DNA of 64,000 nucleotides from Opitutales bacterium (lineage in GTDB: Bacteria; Verrucomicrobiota; Verrucomicrobiia; Opitutales; UBA953): the NCBI GenBank assembly GCA_964203605.1, contig CAXNMQ010000007.1, forward strand, positions 5,342 through 69,341, given 5' to 3'. The position numbers and the translations under genes were made by a program. Position 1 is the first letter of the stretch. Every line of letters begins with the position of its first letter. Below, in pieces: positions 38,907 to 48,151 of this stretch. The notes beneath the pieces were generated by a model, which saw nothing but the letters and a program-made list of their open reading frames with translations, did no database searches and had not been told where the DNA came from.

Positions 38907-40703
38907 TTAGGCCTTCGGCTCGTCTTCCACGAGGCGGATGCGCAGGTCGCGCAGCTGCTTCGGGGCGACGGGGCTCGGGCAGTCGGCCATCAGGTCGCGG
39001 CCGTTCTGGTTCTTCGGGAAGGCGAGGATGTCGCGGATCGAGGAGCGGCCGGCGAGCATGGCGACCACGCGGTCGAAACCGAGGGCGATGCCGCCGTGGG
39101 GCGGGGCACCGTAGGAGAAGGCCTTGAGCATGTAACCGAAGCGGCTTTCCACGAGGTCCTGCGGAATCTTGAGGATGTCCTCGAAGACGCGCTTCTGGAC
39201 GGCCGGGTTATGGATGCGGATCGAGCCGCCGCCGAGTTCGACGCCGTTGAGGACGATGTCGTAGTGCTGGCCGCGGACCTTAGCAGGGTCAGTGGCGAGC
39301 AGAGGCTCATCCTCGACGACCGGGGCGGTGAACGGGTGGTGGGCCGAAAGGTAGCGCTTCTCTTCTTCGTCCCAGAGCATCAAGGGGAATTCGATGACCC
39401 AGAGGAAGTTGTACTGGTTGGTCGGGAGGTTCATGCGACCGCGGGCCTTGAGGAGGAAAGAGGACTCGAGGCGGATGCGGCCGAGGATCGTCGAAGCCTG
39501 CGACCAGGGGGCGGCGGCGAAGAAGACGATGTCGCCGTCCTCGATGTTGAGCTGCTGCTTCAGCGCGGCTTTTTCTTCGTCGGAGAAGAACTTCACGATC
39601 GGCGACTTCCATTCGCCCGCTTCGCACTTGATGAACGCGAGGCCCTTGGCGCCCTGGCTCTTGGCGATGGTTTCGAAGTTAGTCAGCTCGCCTTGGGTGA
39701 TGTCGGCGAGGCCCTTGGCGTTGATCGCACGGACCACGGAGCCCGGGGTGTTGGCGGCGCCGTTGAAGACCTTGAAGGAGGAGTTCTTGAACAGGCCCGT
39801 GAGGTCCTGGATTTCCATGCCGAAGCGCGTGTCCGGCTTGTCGATACCGAAGCGGTCCATCGCTTCCTGGTAGGCCATGCGCGGGAAGGGCGTCGGGATA
39901 TCGATGCCGAGGGTTTCCTTCCAGGTGCGCTTGAGGATACCTTCGATCAGCTTGTACATGTCCTCGCGGTCGATGAAGGACATCTCCAAGTCGACCTGCG
40001 TGAACTCCGGCTGGCGGTCGGCGCGGAGGTCTTCGTCGCGGTAGCAACGGGCCATCTGGTAGTAGCGTTCGACGCCGGCCACCATGAGCATCTGCTTGTA
40101 CTGCTGCGGGGACTGCGTGAGCGCGTAGAATTCGCCGGGGTTGGTGCGGCTCGGCACGAGGAACTCGCGGGCGCCTTCCGGGGTGCTCTTGAAGAGGGTC
40201 GGGGTCTCGATCTCGAGGAAGTCCTGGCCGTCGAGTTCGGCGCGGATGGCGCGGGCGGCCTTGGCGCGGAGCTTGAGGAGACCGATGTTGCGGGGGCGAC
40301 GGAGGTCGAGGAAGCGGTATTCGAGGCGGAGGTCTTCGTTCACCTTGTCGGCCTTATCGTCGTCCATCGGGAACGGCAGGTCGGCACAGATGTTATGGAC
40401 CACGAGGGACTCGGCGGCGATTTCGATGCTGCCCGAGGCAAGCTTGGCGTTGATGGTCTCGGCCGAGCGGGCGCGGACCTTGCCGGTGATCTCGATGACG
40501 GATTCCGTCTTCAGGCGCTGGGCGATTTCCTGGATGCCGTCGGAGCCTGGATTGAAGACCACCTGGGTCATCCCTTCGCGGTCGCGGAGGTCGACGAAGG
40601 TCACGCCGCCGAGGTCGCGCTTGGTGTCGACCCAACCCACGAGGGTCACGGTCTGGCCGGCGTCGGCGGGGCGGAGGGCGTTGCAGGTATGGGTGCGTTT
40701 CAT
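38907..40703 (-). CDS. aspS: aspartate--tRNA ligase
   Basis: 598-aa ORF with ATG at 40703. MKRTHTCNALR..., OB-fold N-domain, class II motifs (FLVPSR, QSPQQYKQMLM, RCYRDEDLRADRQPEFTQVD, GGGSIRIH, GAPPHGGIALGFDR). Confidence 0.96.
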   Translation of the reverse strand: MKRTHTCNALRPADAGQTVTLVGWVDTKRDLGGVTFVDLRDREGMTQVVFNPGSDGIQEIAQRLKTESVIEITGKVRARSAETINAKLASGSIEIAAESLVVHNICADLPFPMDDDKADKVNEDLRLEYRFLDLRRPRNIGLLKLRAKAARAIRAELDGQDFLEIETPTLFKSTPEGAREFLVPSRTNPGEFYALTQSPQQYKQMLMVAGVERYYQMARCYRDEDLRADRQPEFTQVDLEMSFIDREDMYKLIEGILKRTWKETLGIDIPTPFPRMAYQEAMDRFGIDKPDTRFGMEIQDLTGLFKNSSFKVFNGAANTPGSVVRAINAKGLADITQGELTNFETIAKSQGAKGLAFIKCEAGEWKSPIVKFFSDEEKAALKQQLNIEDGDIVFFAAAPWSQASTILGRIRLESSFLLKARGRMNLPTNQYNFLWVIEFPLMLWDEEEKRYLSAHHPFTAPVVEDEPLLATDPAKVRGQHYDIVLNGVELGGGSIRIHNPAVQKRVFEDILKIPQDLVESRFGYMLKAFSYGAPPHGGIALGFDRVVAMLAGRSSIRDILAFPKNQNGRDLMADCPSPVAPKQLRDLRIRLVEDEPKA

Positions 40704-40863
40704 GGGGTCGTGGACGGACGGAATCGAGGGGTATGGTTAACGGACGGGGAAAACCCTAGTCAAAGCCCAATTGGGAGGGTTAGGTGGGCCTGCGGGACGG
40801 GGAGGGCTCAGGGGCGGATAATTCGGGTGTGCAGGGCTAAGGAAATGGGTTTATCTCCCAACC

Positions 40864-42474
40864 ATGCGCACCCCCGCACTCCTGGTTGCCTGCCTCATGG
40901 CAGCGACGCTTCCTGCTGCCCCTCAGAAGGTCGAGATGGCTGGTTACCTCCTCGTCCCGACCGAGCGCGTGCCGGAGACCTACGACGCCGGCTTCTCGAT
41001 CTACGCCGCCGCTTGGCCGCTGTTGAATCAATACCCTGGGCATCGCTTCCAGACCGGCCTCTTCGGCACTTGGATGCATCCGCAGTATCCTAAGGATGCG
41101 AAACCCAAGGATCTTTATAACGACATCGAAGGCGGCCTCGGCTGGTGGCGTGACACGCACTTCCCGACAACGACGCCGAAGTTCATCATGGGTGGCGTCG
41201 GCGTGAATTTCTACGACATCGCCAACGGACCGGGCTACGGACGCGGCACGTGGGAAGATCCGCGCGGGCTCTACGGCGTGGCTCAGCTGACGCCTTGGCT
41301 GCTCTTCCCGCTCGACGGCCTCAACTTGAAGCAGGGCGTCAATGGCGAGCTCTTCGGCTACGGTTACCTGCCGATGCCGTTCGCCCAGCCGAAGACGAAG
41401 ACTGAAGGCAAAGACGTGCCCACGGGCGACAACTGCTGGACGCTCTTCCTGAACTCGTCGAACTTCAAGGGCCCGGTCTGTTTCTTCACGCCGAACTTCT
41501 GGTCGCGCGCGGCCCTCCGTAATCCGGCCGTCGCCGGCCAGATGCTCGATTCCCGTGGCTCCGATCCGAACAAGCATTTCCAGATGGAGACCCAGTATGT
41601 GCCCGCCGCGCAGGCCACGGACGACAAAGGTGCGACCTATGCGCGCGTCGCGCCGACATCCTTTCCGGTCGGCGCCGATGGCACCACTGTCGTGCTGCAT
41701 CGGCTGACGTCGTATGACCGTCGGGCGATGTACGACGGCGTGAAGGCTTGGTTCGACGGCGGCCCGGTGGCGAGCGGCGCGGTCAATCCCGCCGGCGCGT
41801 TCATCCAGAACTTCAAGAACAACGGCGGCTCGACCTGGAGCATCTACAAGCAGGGCACCAAGCGGGAGGCCAAGCCAGGGCTCGCTTGGAAATCCTTCGC
41901 CACGCCGCATTCCCCGGATCCGATGACCTACGGCTACAAGTGGAACGACGAAGTCGTCTCGCGCACGACGCCCGGTCTCGTGACGCTGCCGCAGTATTAT
42001 CGCTTCGGCACGGGCGGGAAGAACGGGCAGTGGACGCCAGTGAAGCCCGCCGAGGTACCGGCCGCGACTGGCCTGGCGCAGATGAGTTTCGAGCCCCCGG
42101 TGGAAAAGCCGCAGTTACCGCGGGAGACCCAGCCCGGCGAAAAGACGACCTGGAAGATCCCGGGTCCAAAGGCCGGACCGTTCCAGGCCTTCCTCGGCGA
42201 CGGCAGCGTCGTCACTTATTATTGGTACCGCTTCGCTGACCAGCCCGCCATCCTCAACGCTGACCTGACGTCTGCTGAACGCGAAGCCCTACAGGTCAAG
42301 GTCGAGAAGCTCCACCGCTCATGGACCAAGGATCGCGACTACCTCGCGCCTCCAACTGTCGGCAAGCTGGCCGCGCTCGATCCGGCGCAGGTTTTGACTC
42401 CGCCCAAGGGACTCGAGATCGGCTACGTCCCTATCGCCACGCGACAGGAATTGGCCGTCCCGGCGAAGAAGTAA
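40864..42474 (+). CDS. hypothetical secreted protein (536 aa)
   Basis: ATG at 40864. Signal peptide [24 protein letters not shown]-rich with no recognisable catalytic motif. Confidence 0.65.
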   Translation: MRTPALLVACLMAATLPAAPQKVEMAGYLLVPTERVPETYDAGFSIYAAAWPLLNQYPGHRFQTGLFGTWMHPQYPKDAKPKDLYNDIEGGLGWWRDTHFPTTTPKFIMGGVGVNFYDIANGPGYGRGTWEDPRGLYGVAQLTPWLLFPLDGLNLKQGVNGELFGYGYLPMPFAQPKTKTEGKDVPTGDNCWTLFLNSSNFKGPVCFFTPNFWSRAALRNPAVAGQMLDSRGSDPNKHFQMETQYVPAAQATDDKGATYARVAPTSFPVGADGTTVVLHRLTSYDRRAMYDGVKAWFDGGPVASGAVNPAGAFIQNFKNNGGSTWSIYKQGTKREAKPGLAWKSFATPHSPDPMTYGYKWNDEVVSRTTPGLVTLPQYYRFGTGGKNGQWTPVKPAEVPAATGLAQMSFEPPVEKPQLPRETQPGEKTTWKIPGPKAGPFQAFLGDGSVVTYYWYRFADQPAILNADLTSAEREALQVKVEKLHRSWTKDRDYLAPPTVGKLAALDPAQVLTPPKGLEIGYVPIATRQELAVPAKK

Positions 42475-42480
42475 GCCTGC

Positions 42481-42636
42481 TCAGCGACGGTCGAGATCCT
42501 TGGTCTCGACCGGTTCGACGTGCGCGAGGTGCTCGGGGTTCTTCTTGCCCGTGAGTACCTTGATGAGGCACCAGACGAAGAGGATGGTCACCGCGCCCAC
42601 CGAGATGAGCATGAAGAGAAGTCCGGCGGTTGTCAT
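42481..42636 (-). CDS. small single-TM protein (51 aa) immediately downstream of the SNF transporter; possible MetS-like small subunit
   Basis: Hand translation (too short for the ORF track): [54 protein letters not shown] at 42636 lies 18 nt after the transporter's corrected stop. Confidence 0.5.
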   Translation of the reverse strand: MTTAGLLFMLISVGAVTILFVWCLIKVLTGKKNPEHLAHVEPVETKDLDRR

Positions 42637-42654
42637 GGTCGTAAGGTGGTAGGA

Positions 42655-44254
42655 TTAGCGGGCGTCCCAGCGTTTGCCGGCTCGATGAATCATTAGCGCC
42701 GAGAAGGCCGCGAAGAGCAGGAGGAAGAAGGCCGTCAGGCGGGCGACGCCGCTGGCCGGGTGGCCGGGGCCGCCGATGAGGTCGAGGATCGGGTCGGTCG
42801 GGGTGAAGACGGGCGAGCTGAACGAGAGATTCCAGCCCGCGACGTTCTTGAGCACGAACATCAGGAAGATGGCGGTGAGGAACGTCGGCGAAATCCAGCG
42901 GAGGATGAACTTGAAGATCCGGGGAATACGGATGTCGGCGCCGTGATGGGCTTCCGTTCCAGCCGCGTTCGGTGCCGAAGGCGAAGTTGAAGACATAGAT
43001 CAGGATGGTCCCTTGCAGGAAGATGCCGATGTCGCCGATCCAGAAGTCGACCGTCGAGAGCGCCTTCAGGCCTTCGCTGAAGTAGACGACGAGCGTGCAG
43101 CCGACTGCGGTGATCAGGCCGAGCAGCGCCACGGAGCCGGGGCGATCCAGTCCGAGGCCTTCTTCTAGGAAGGCGATGCCAGGCTGGAGCATCGAAAGCG
43201 AGGAGGTGATGGCGGCGATGAAGAGCAGGGTGAAGAAGAGTCCGCCGAAGAGATGTCCGTAGGGCATGCCGGCGAAGACCTGCGGCAGGACGTTGAAGCC
43301 GAGGGCGAAGGTGCCGCCCGCGACGGCGGAGGCGCCGAGGAAGGCGAAAGCGGCGGGGACGGTGATCATGCCGCCGAGGCCGACTTCGCAGAACTCGTTG
43401 GCGGCGGTAGCGGTCAGGCCGCTGAGGACGACGTCATCGTTCTTCTTGAGGTAGCTGGCGTAGGTGATGATGACGCCGAAGCCGACGGAGAGCGTGAAGA
43501 AGACCTGCGAGGCGGCCTTGAGCCAGACGGCGGGATTCGAGAGGCCGTTGGAGATGTCGTGCGGATTCCACATGTAGCCGAGGCCATTCCAGACGCTGAG
43601 CTCGGGCTTCGTCGGGTCGGGCGTACCGAGGGTCAGCACGCGGACCAACAGGATGAGGGCGATGGCGATCAGGAGTGGCATACCCCAGTTACAGATGAAC
43701 TCGATGCCCTTGGAGAGGCCGCGGTAGATGATGACGAAGTTCAGGATGAACACGCCGATGAAGAACAGGAACGGCGTACCGAGTCCGAGGACGGCGCCGT
43801 CGGCCTTGAGGCCGGTGAACGCGGCGAAGGCGTCGGCGTAGGTCTTCGGGTCTTTGCCGAGGTCGAGTCCACCGGTGAAGCTGCTCCAGGCATAACCCAG
43901 GCACCACGACTCGATGACGACGTAATAGAAGTAGACGCCGACCGGGATGATGAAGCCGAGGAGGCCGACGTATTTGCCCCAAGGCTTCCGGATGATGGCG
44001 TGGAAGATGCCCGGGGAGGAGTTATACCCCTGCGTGCCGCCGAAACGTCCGAGGGTCCACTCGACCCAGCAGATCGGCAGGCCGACGATCAGGAGCGAGA
44101 TGAAGTAGGCGATCAGGAAGGCGCCGCCCCCGGTCTCCTTATCGGCGACGAGGCCGGGGAAGCGGAGGAAGTTACCTAGTCCGACGGCACTGCCGGCGAC
44201 GGCCATGATGACGCCTAATTTAGAGCTCCAGCCGTCAGGTTGCTTGGTCGTCAT
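42655..44254 (-). pseudogene. sodium:neurotransmitter symporter (SNF/NSS) family transporter, one +1 frame break at about 42950-42958
   Basis: ATG at 44254. [19 protein letters not shown]...[32 protein letters not shown] 42431..44254 leaves frame after [10 protein letters not shown], and the true C-terminus [26 protein letters not shown]... is in ORF 42655..42996. Confidence 0.85.
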
Positions 44255-44324
44255 GCTGTTGGTGGGTGAGGGTTTACTATGCAGGGCAGGGTAGAGTGCA
44301 ATCGTTCAGAGCAGGCAGGGCCTG

Positions 44325-44459
44325 CTCAGGGCTAGAGCCAGGGCTAGGGCTAGGGCTAGGGTTCGGGCTGATGCCGGATCTCAGTGATCGATGAATGAGA
44401 CTGCTACTTCGCCCGTATTTCTTCGGAAAACTAGCCCTAGCCCCGGCCCTAGCCCTGAG
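44325..44459. repeat. inverted pair of G3-tract repeats (GGGCTAGGG units) around a 69-nt spacer
   Basis: Left arm ctcaGGGctagagccaGGGctaGGGctaGGGctaGGG (44325-44361). Right arm ctagCCCtagCCCCggCCCtagCCCtgag (44431-44459); its reverse complement matches the left arm with about 2 mismatches over about 29 nt. Confidence 0.8.
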
Positions 44460-44516
44460 TCGGGGTCATTCCCTATTCTTCTCGCCCTTTCCAATTCCTC
44501 TACTCACTTTGCGCTA

Positions 44517-45834
44517 ATGCCGTTTGCATCCTTAGGCCTCGACGCCTCTATCCTCAAAGCCGTGGCCGACCAGGGCTACACCGAACCGACGCCGATCCAG
44601 AAGGCTTCCATTCCGGTCATCATCGAGGGCAAGGACGTCATCGGCGTGGCCCAGACGGGCACCGGCAAGACCGCCGCTTTCACCCTCCCTCTGCTCACCA
44701 AGCTGGTCCGGACGCAAGAACAGCACCCACCAGGGCCGCGTCCGCTGCCTGATCCTGGCCCCGACCCGCGAGCTCGTCGTCCAGATCGCTGAGAACGTCG
44801 CCGCTTATTCCCGTTATGCCGGTGCGACCGTCGCCACCTGTTACGGCGGTGTCTCCGAACGCCCGCAGATCGCCGCTCTCCGTCGTGGCTGTGACTTCCT
44901 CATCGCCACCCCGGGTCGTCTCCTCGACCTCGGCGGCCAGGGTCATGGTGACTTCTCCGCTGTCGAGTACCTCGTCCTCGACGAAGCCGACCGCATGCTG
45001 GACATGGGCTTCCTCCCCGCGATCAACACCATCGTCCGCGCGCTGCCCAAGGAACGCCAGACCCTGATGTTCTCGGCCACGCTCTCCCGCGAGATCGAGA
45101 CCCTCACGAAGCAGTATCAGCGCGACCCTCAGATGATTGAGGTCGGCCGTCGTACTTCCCCGGCCGAGACCGTCACTCAGCTGCTCTACGAGTGCCCGGG
45201 TGCCCTCAAGCAGGTCATGCTGCACCACCTCCTCAAGGACGAAGCCCTCAAGTGCGTGCTCGTCTTTGCGCGGACCAAACATGGTGCCGATCGCGTCTGC
45301 CGCAAACTCCAGGGCGAAGACATCAGCTGCGCCGCCATCCACGCCAACCGCTCGCAGAGCCAGCGTCAGCGCGCCCTGCAGGCCTTCAAGAACGGAGAGG
45401 TTCGCGTGCTCGTCGCGACCGACATCGCCTCGCGCGGTATCGATGTCGACGGCATCTCCCACGTCTTCAACTTCGACTTCCCTGACCAGCTCGAAGACTA
45501 CGTCCACCGTATCGGTCGTACTGGCCGTGCGCTCTCCACCGGCACCGCCATCACCTTCGTCACCCGCGAAGACCTTGGCGAACTCCGCCGCCTCGAGCGT
45601 ATCGTCGGCAAGCACCTCCATTGCGGCAAGCTGCAGGGCTTCGACTACACTCAGCAGGCTCCGCCCCGCACCCCGGAAGATTTCCAGCGTCACCAGGATC
45701 CCCGCGCCGGCTCGCACAACAGCGAACGCGAAGGCCGCCCCCAGGGTGGTCGTCACGGCGGCTTCCGCGCCTCCAAGGGTAATTACCGTCCCTTCGGTCG
45801 TCCGGGCACCCGCCGCAGCGGCGGACCTAAGTAA
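44517..45834 (+). pseudogene. DEAD-box ATP-dependent RNA helicase (RhlE-like), one +1 frame break between about 44700 and 44745
   Basis: ATG at 44517 ([60 protein letters not shown]). Continues in the next frame with [73 protein letters not shown]. Confidence 0.9.
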
Positions 45835-45842
45835 GGATAAAA

Positions 45843-45874
45843 GAGGCTCGGAGGCTCAGAGGCCCAGAGGCTCA
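45843..45874 (+). repeat. 4 x 8-nt tandem repeat GAGGCYCR
   Basis: GAGGCTCG GAGGCTCA GAGGCCCA GAGGCTCA, read directly, between the helicase stop and its terminator. Confidence 0.8.
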
Positions 45875-45879
45875 GAAAA

Positions 45880-46056
45880 TCAGCCCGGCGACCCCGGGCT
45901 TTTTTGTGCCTTACCGCGTGGAGTGCCCTTGCGGCAGGCGTCGCTACAGAAGCGGACCTCGTCCCAGCAGCGGGCCCACTTCTTGCGCCAGAGGAAGGGG
46001 CGCTGGCAGGTCGGGCAGACTTTGGCCGGAAGGTTTTCCTTTTTGACGCCGCGCAT
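45880..46056 (-). CDS. DUF2256 zinc-ribbon-like small protein
   Basis: ORF 45880..46065 (TTG); ATG at 46056: [43 protein letters not shown]. The CxxC...WRKKW...C..xC pattern is typical of DUF2256, a family often found next to photolyase-related genes. Confidence 0.75.
   Translation of the reverse strand: MRGVKKENLPAKVCPTCQRPFLWRKKWARCWDEVRFCSDACRKGTPRGKAQKSPGSPG
45882..45906 (+). terminator. rho-independent terminator of the DEAD-box helicase gene
   Basis: AGCCCGG-cgacc-CCGGGCT followed by TTTTTGT. Overlaps the last codons of the convergent DUF2256 ORF. Confidence 0.75.
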
Positions 46057-46099
46057 AGCTTGCAATGAGACAGAGGCGGCGGTCGGTGCAAACCGGACC

Positions 46100-46459
46100 T
46101 CAGGATTCCGTCGTTAGCTTAGGCGCGGCCTCGGCTCGTTCGCGTTCGAGCCGGGAGATACGGCGGTCGAGTGGGATGTAGATCAGGATCGGTGCTGCTA
46201 TCGCCGCCAGCAGGACGGCCATGATGCTGGTCACGTCCAGGAAGGGATGGGTATACATGTCGATGGCGAAGGCGCCGAGCAGGATGGTCAGGCCGGCGAA
46301 CATCGAGCCGAGTATGGCCATCGCGCGGTGGCCGCGGGCGACCTCATCGCCGCCCTCGGCGGTGACGAGGTCGGGCAGCACGGAAGCTCCGAAGAAGATG
46401 CCGAGGATCGAGACCACGACCTGGGCCAGTACCAAGACGACTCGGGCGATTTTCCCCAT
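46100..46459 (-). CDS. hypothetical membrane protein (3-4 TM helices)
   Basis: ORF 46100..46570; ATG at 46459: [31 protein letters not shown]... Hydrophobic segments throughout. Confidence 0.6.
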   Translation of the reverse strand: MGKIARVVLVLAQVVVSILGIFFGASVLPDLVTAEGGDEVARGHRAMAILGSMFAGLTILLGAFAIDMYTHPFLDVTSIMAVLLAAIAAPILIYIPLDRRISRLERERAEAAPKLTTES

Positions 46460-46547
46460 GGGTGGAACGAAGGCGATGGGAGGTAGGTTGGCAAATGGAT
46501 TAGGGTTGGACGCTTGCCAAACGGCTCCTTCGTCCTCCCTTACGGTC

Positions 46548-48092
46548 GTGGCCAATACCGTCCGTCTCATCCTCGGCGATCAGCTGAACCCAGAGCATTC
46601 CTGGTTCGGGAAGAAGGACGCGTCGGTGACGTATGTGTTCATGGAAGTCCGCTCCGAAACGGATTACGTCGTGCATCACGCCCAGAAGGTCATCGCGATC
46701 TTCGCCGGGATGCGGCGGATGGCGGAGCTGTCTGACCAAGCAAGGCCATCAGGTCCGTTATTTCCAGTTGGGTGATAAGGACAATCGCCAGAACTTCGCG
46801 GAGAACCTTCAGCTGGTCGTTCAAGGCGACCAAGGCCGCGCGTTTCGAATACCAGGAGCCCGACGAATACCGCCTCGACCAAGACCTGCGCACCTTCGCC
46901 GCCGGCTGCGGGCTGGTCACGTCCTGCGTGAGCTCTGAGCACTTCCTCGATGGCCGTGGTGGAGTGGCCGCGCATTTCAAGAAAGATGCCAAGCGTTGGC
47001 TGATGGAGTCCTATTATCGCCGTATGCGCGTGAGCACCCGTCTGCTGATGGAGGAGGATGGCACGCCCGCCGGTGGTGAATGGAATTACGACAAGGAGAA
47101 CCGGAAGCCATGGAAGGGTACGCCGCCCCCGCCGAAGGCATGGGATGTCTCACATGACCACTCCGCGATCTGGGCGGAGATCCAGGCCGCCGGGGTGAAG
47201 ACCATGGGTAAGCCCTGCGAAAAGGAATTTCCTTGGCCGATCGATCGAAAGGAGGCGCTCAAGCAACTCGACGCCTTCATCGAGCGGGGGTTGCCCGACT
47301 TCGGCGACTACGAGGACGCCATGCACACGTCGTCGGACCGGCTATTCCACTCGCGGCTCTCTTTCGCCCTGAACGTGAAGTTGCTTGCGCCCCTCGAGGT
47401 TGCGCAGGCCGCGGCCGACGCCCATGAGCGGGACCCGCAGCGTTACCCGCTCGCGGCGACCGAGGGCTTCGTCCGGCAGATCATCGGCTGGCGTGAATAC
47501 ATCCGTGGGGTGTACTGGGCCAAGATGCCGGGTTATGCCGACGCCAACGGCCTCGGCCACACGCTTTCGCTGCCGTCCTGGTTCTGGACCGGCAAGGTGA
47601 AGATGAACTGCATGCGTCATTCCGTCGGGCAGTCGCTCGACACGGCCTATGCGCACCATATCCAGCGCCTGATGGTCATCGGGTCGTTTTGTCTGACCGC
47701 GGGCGTGGATCCGGCGGAGGTCGAGCGCTGGTATCTCGGCGTCTACATCGACGCCTTCCAGTGGGTCGAACTGCCGAACGTCATCGGCATGAGCCAACAC
47801 GCGGATGGCGGCTTCCTCGCGAGCAAGCCGTATTGCTGCGCCGCGAGTTACGTCTCCAAGATGTCCAATTATTGCGGCGGCTGTCCGTATGACCCCAAGG
47901 ATCGCACCGGCCCGCTGGCCTGTCCGCTGAATGCGCTCTATTGGGATTTCTGGCTGCGGCATCAGGAGCGCTTCCTGAACAACCCACGCATCGGCATGGC
48001 CGTGCGTCAGGCCGCGAATATGTCGCCGGCGGAGAAGGCCGCGGTGCAGCAAGAAGGCCGCGGAGCTAAGGGCCGGGATCGAGGAGCTGTAA
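46548..48092 (+). pseudogene. cryptochrome/photolyase-family protein of the FeS-cluster (COG3046, photolyase-related) type, three +1 frame breaks
   Basis: GTG at 46548 (V/MANTVRLILGDQLNPEHSWF). Segments run in frames 0, 1, 2, 0: ...AIFAGMRRMAE | LTKQGHQVRYFQLGDKDNRQNFAENLQLVV | KATKAARFEYQEPDEYRL ... YCCAASYVSKMSNYCGGCPYDPKD...ACPLNALYWDFW ... AAVQQE | AAELRAGIEEL stop (TAA 48090-48092). Breaks at about 46720-46735, 46815-46830 and 48050-48060. Confidence 0.8.
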
Positions 48093-48093
48093 A

Positions 48094-48151
48094 AGGTAGG
48101 GTTGAGCGCCCTCGCTCAACCGCGGCTGACCAAGGGTGGTCAGCCCTACCT
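48094..48151. other. compact three-way-junction-like palindromic element between convergent genes (outer stem AGGTAG/CTACCT enclosing two 8-bp hairpins)
   Basis: AGGTAGg-GTTGAGCG-ccct-CGCTCAAC-cgc-GGCTGACC-aagggt-GGTCAGCC-CTACCT, all complementarity checked by hand. Spans exactly from the photolyase stop to the sulfatase stop. Confidence 0.7.

Noticed and set aside
42431-42654. C-terminal tail of the 607-aa ORF 42431..44254 (Pro/Arg-rich).
   Set aside because: It is run-on translation after the +1 break at about 42955. The real transporter C-terminus is in ORF 42655..42996, and the region below 42636 encodes a separate small TM ORF.
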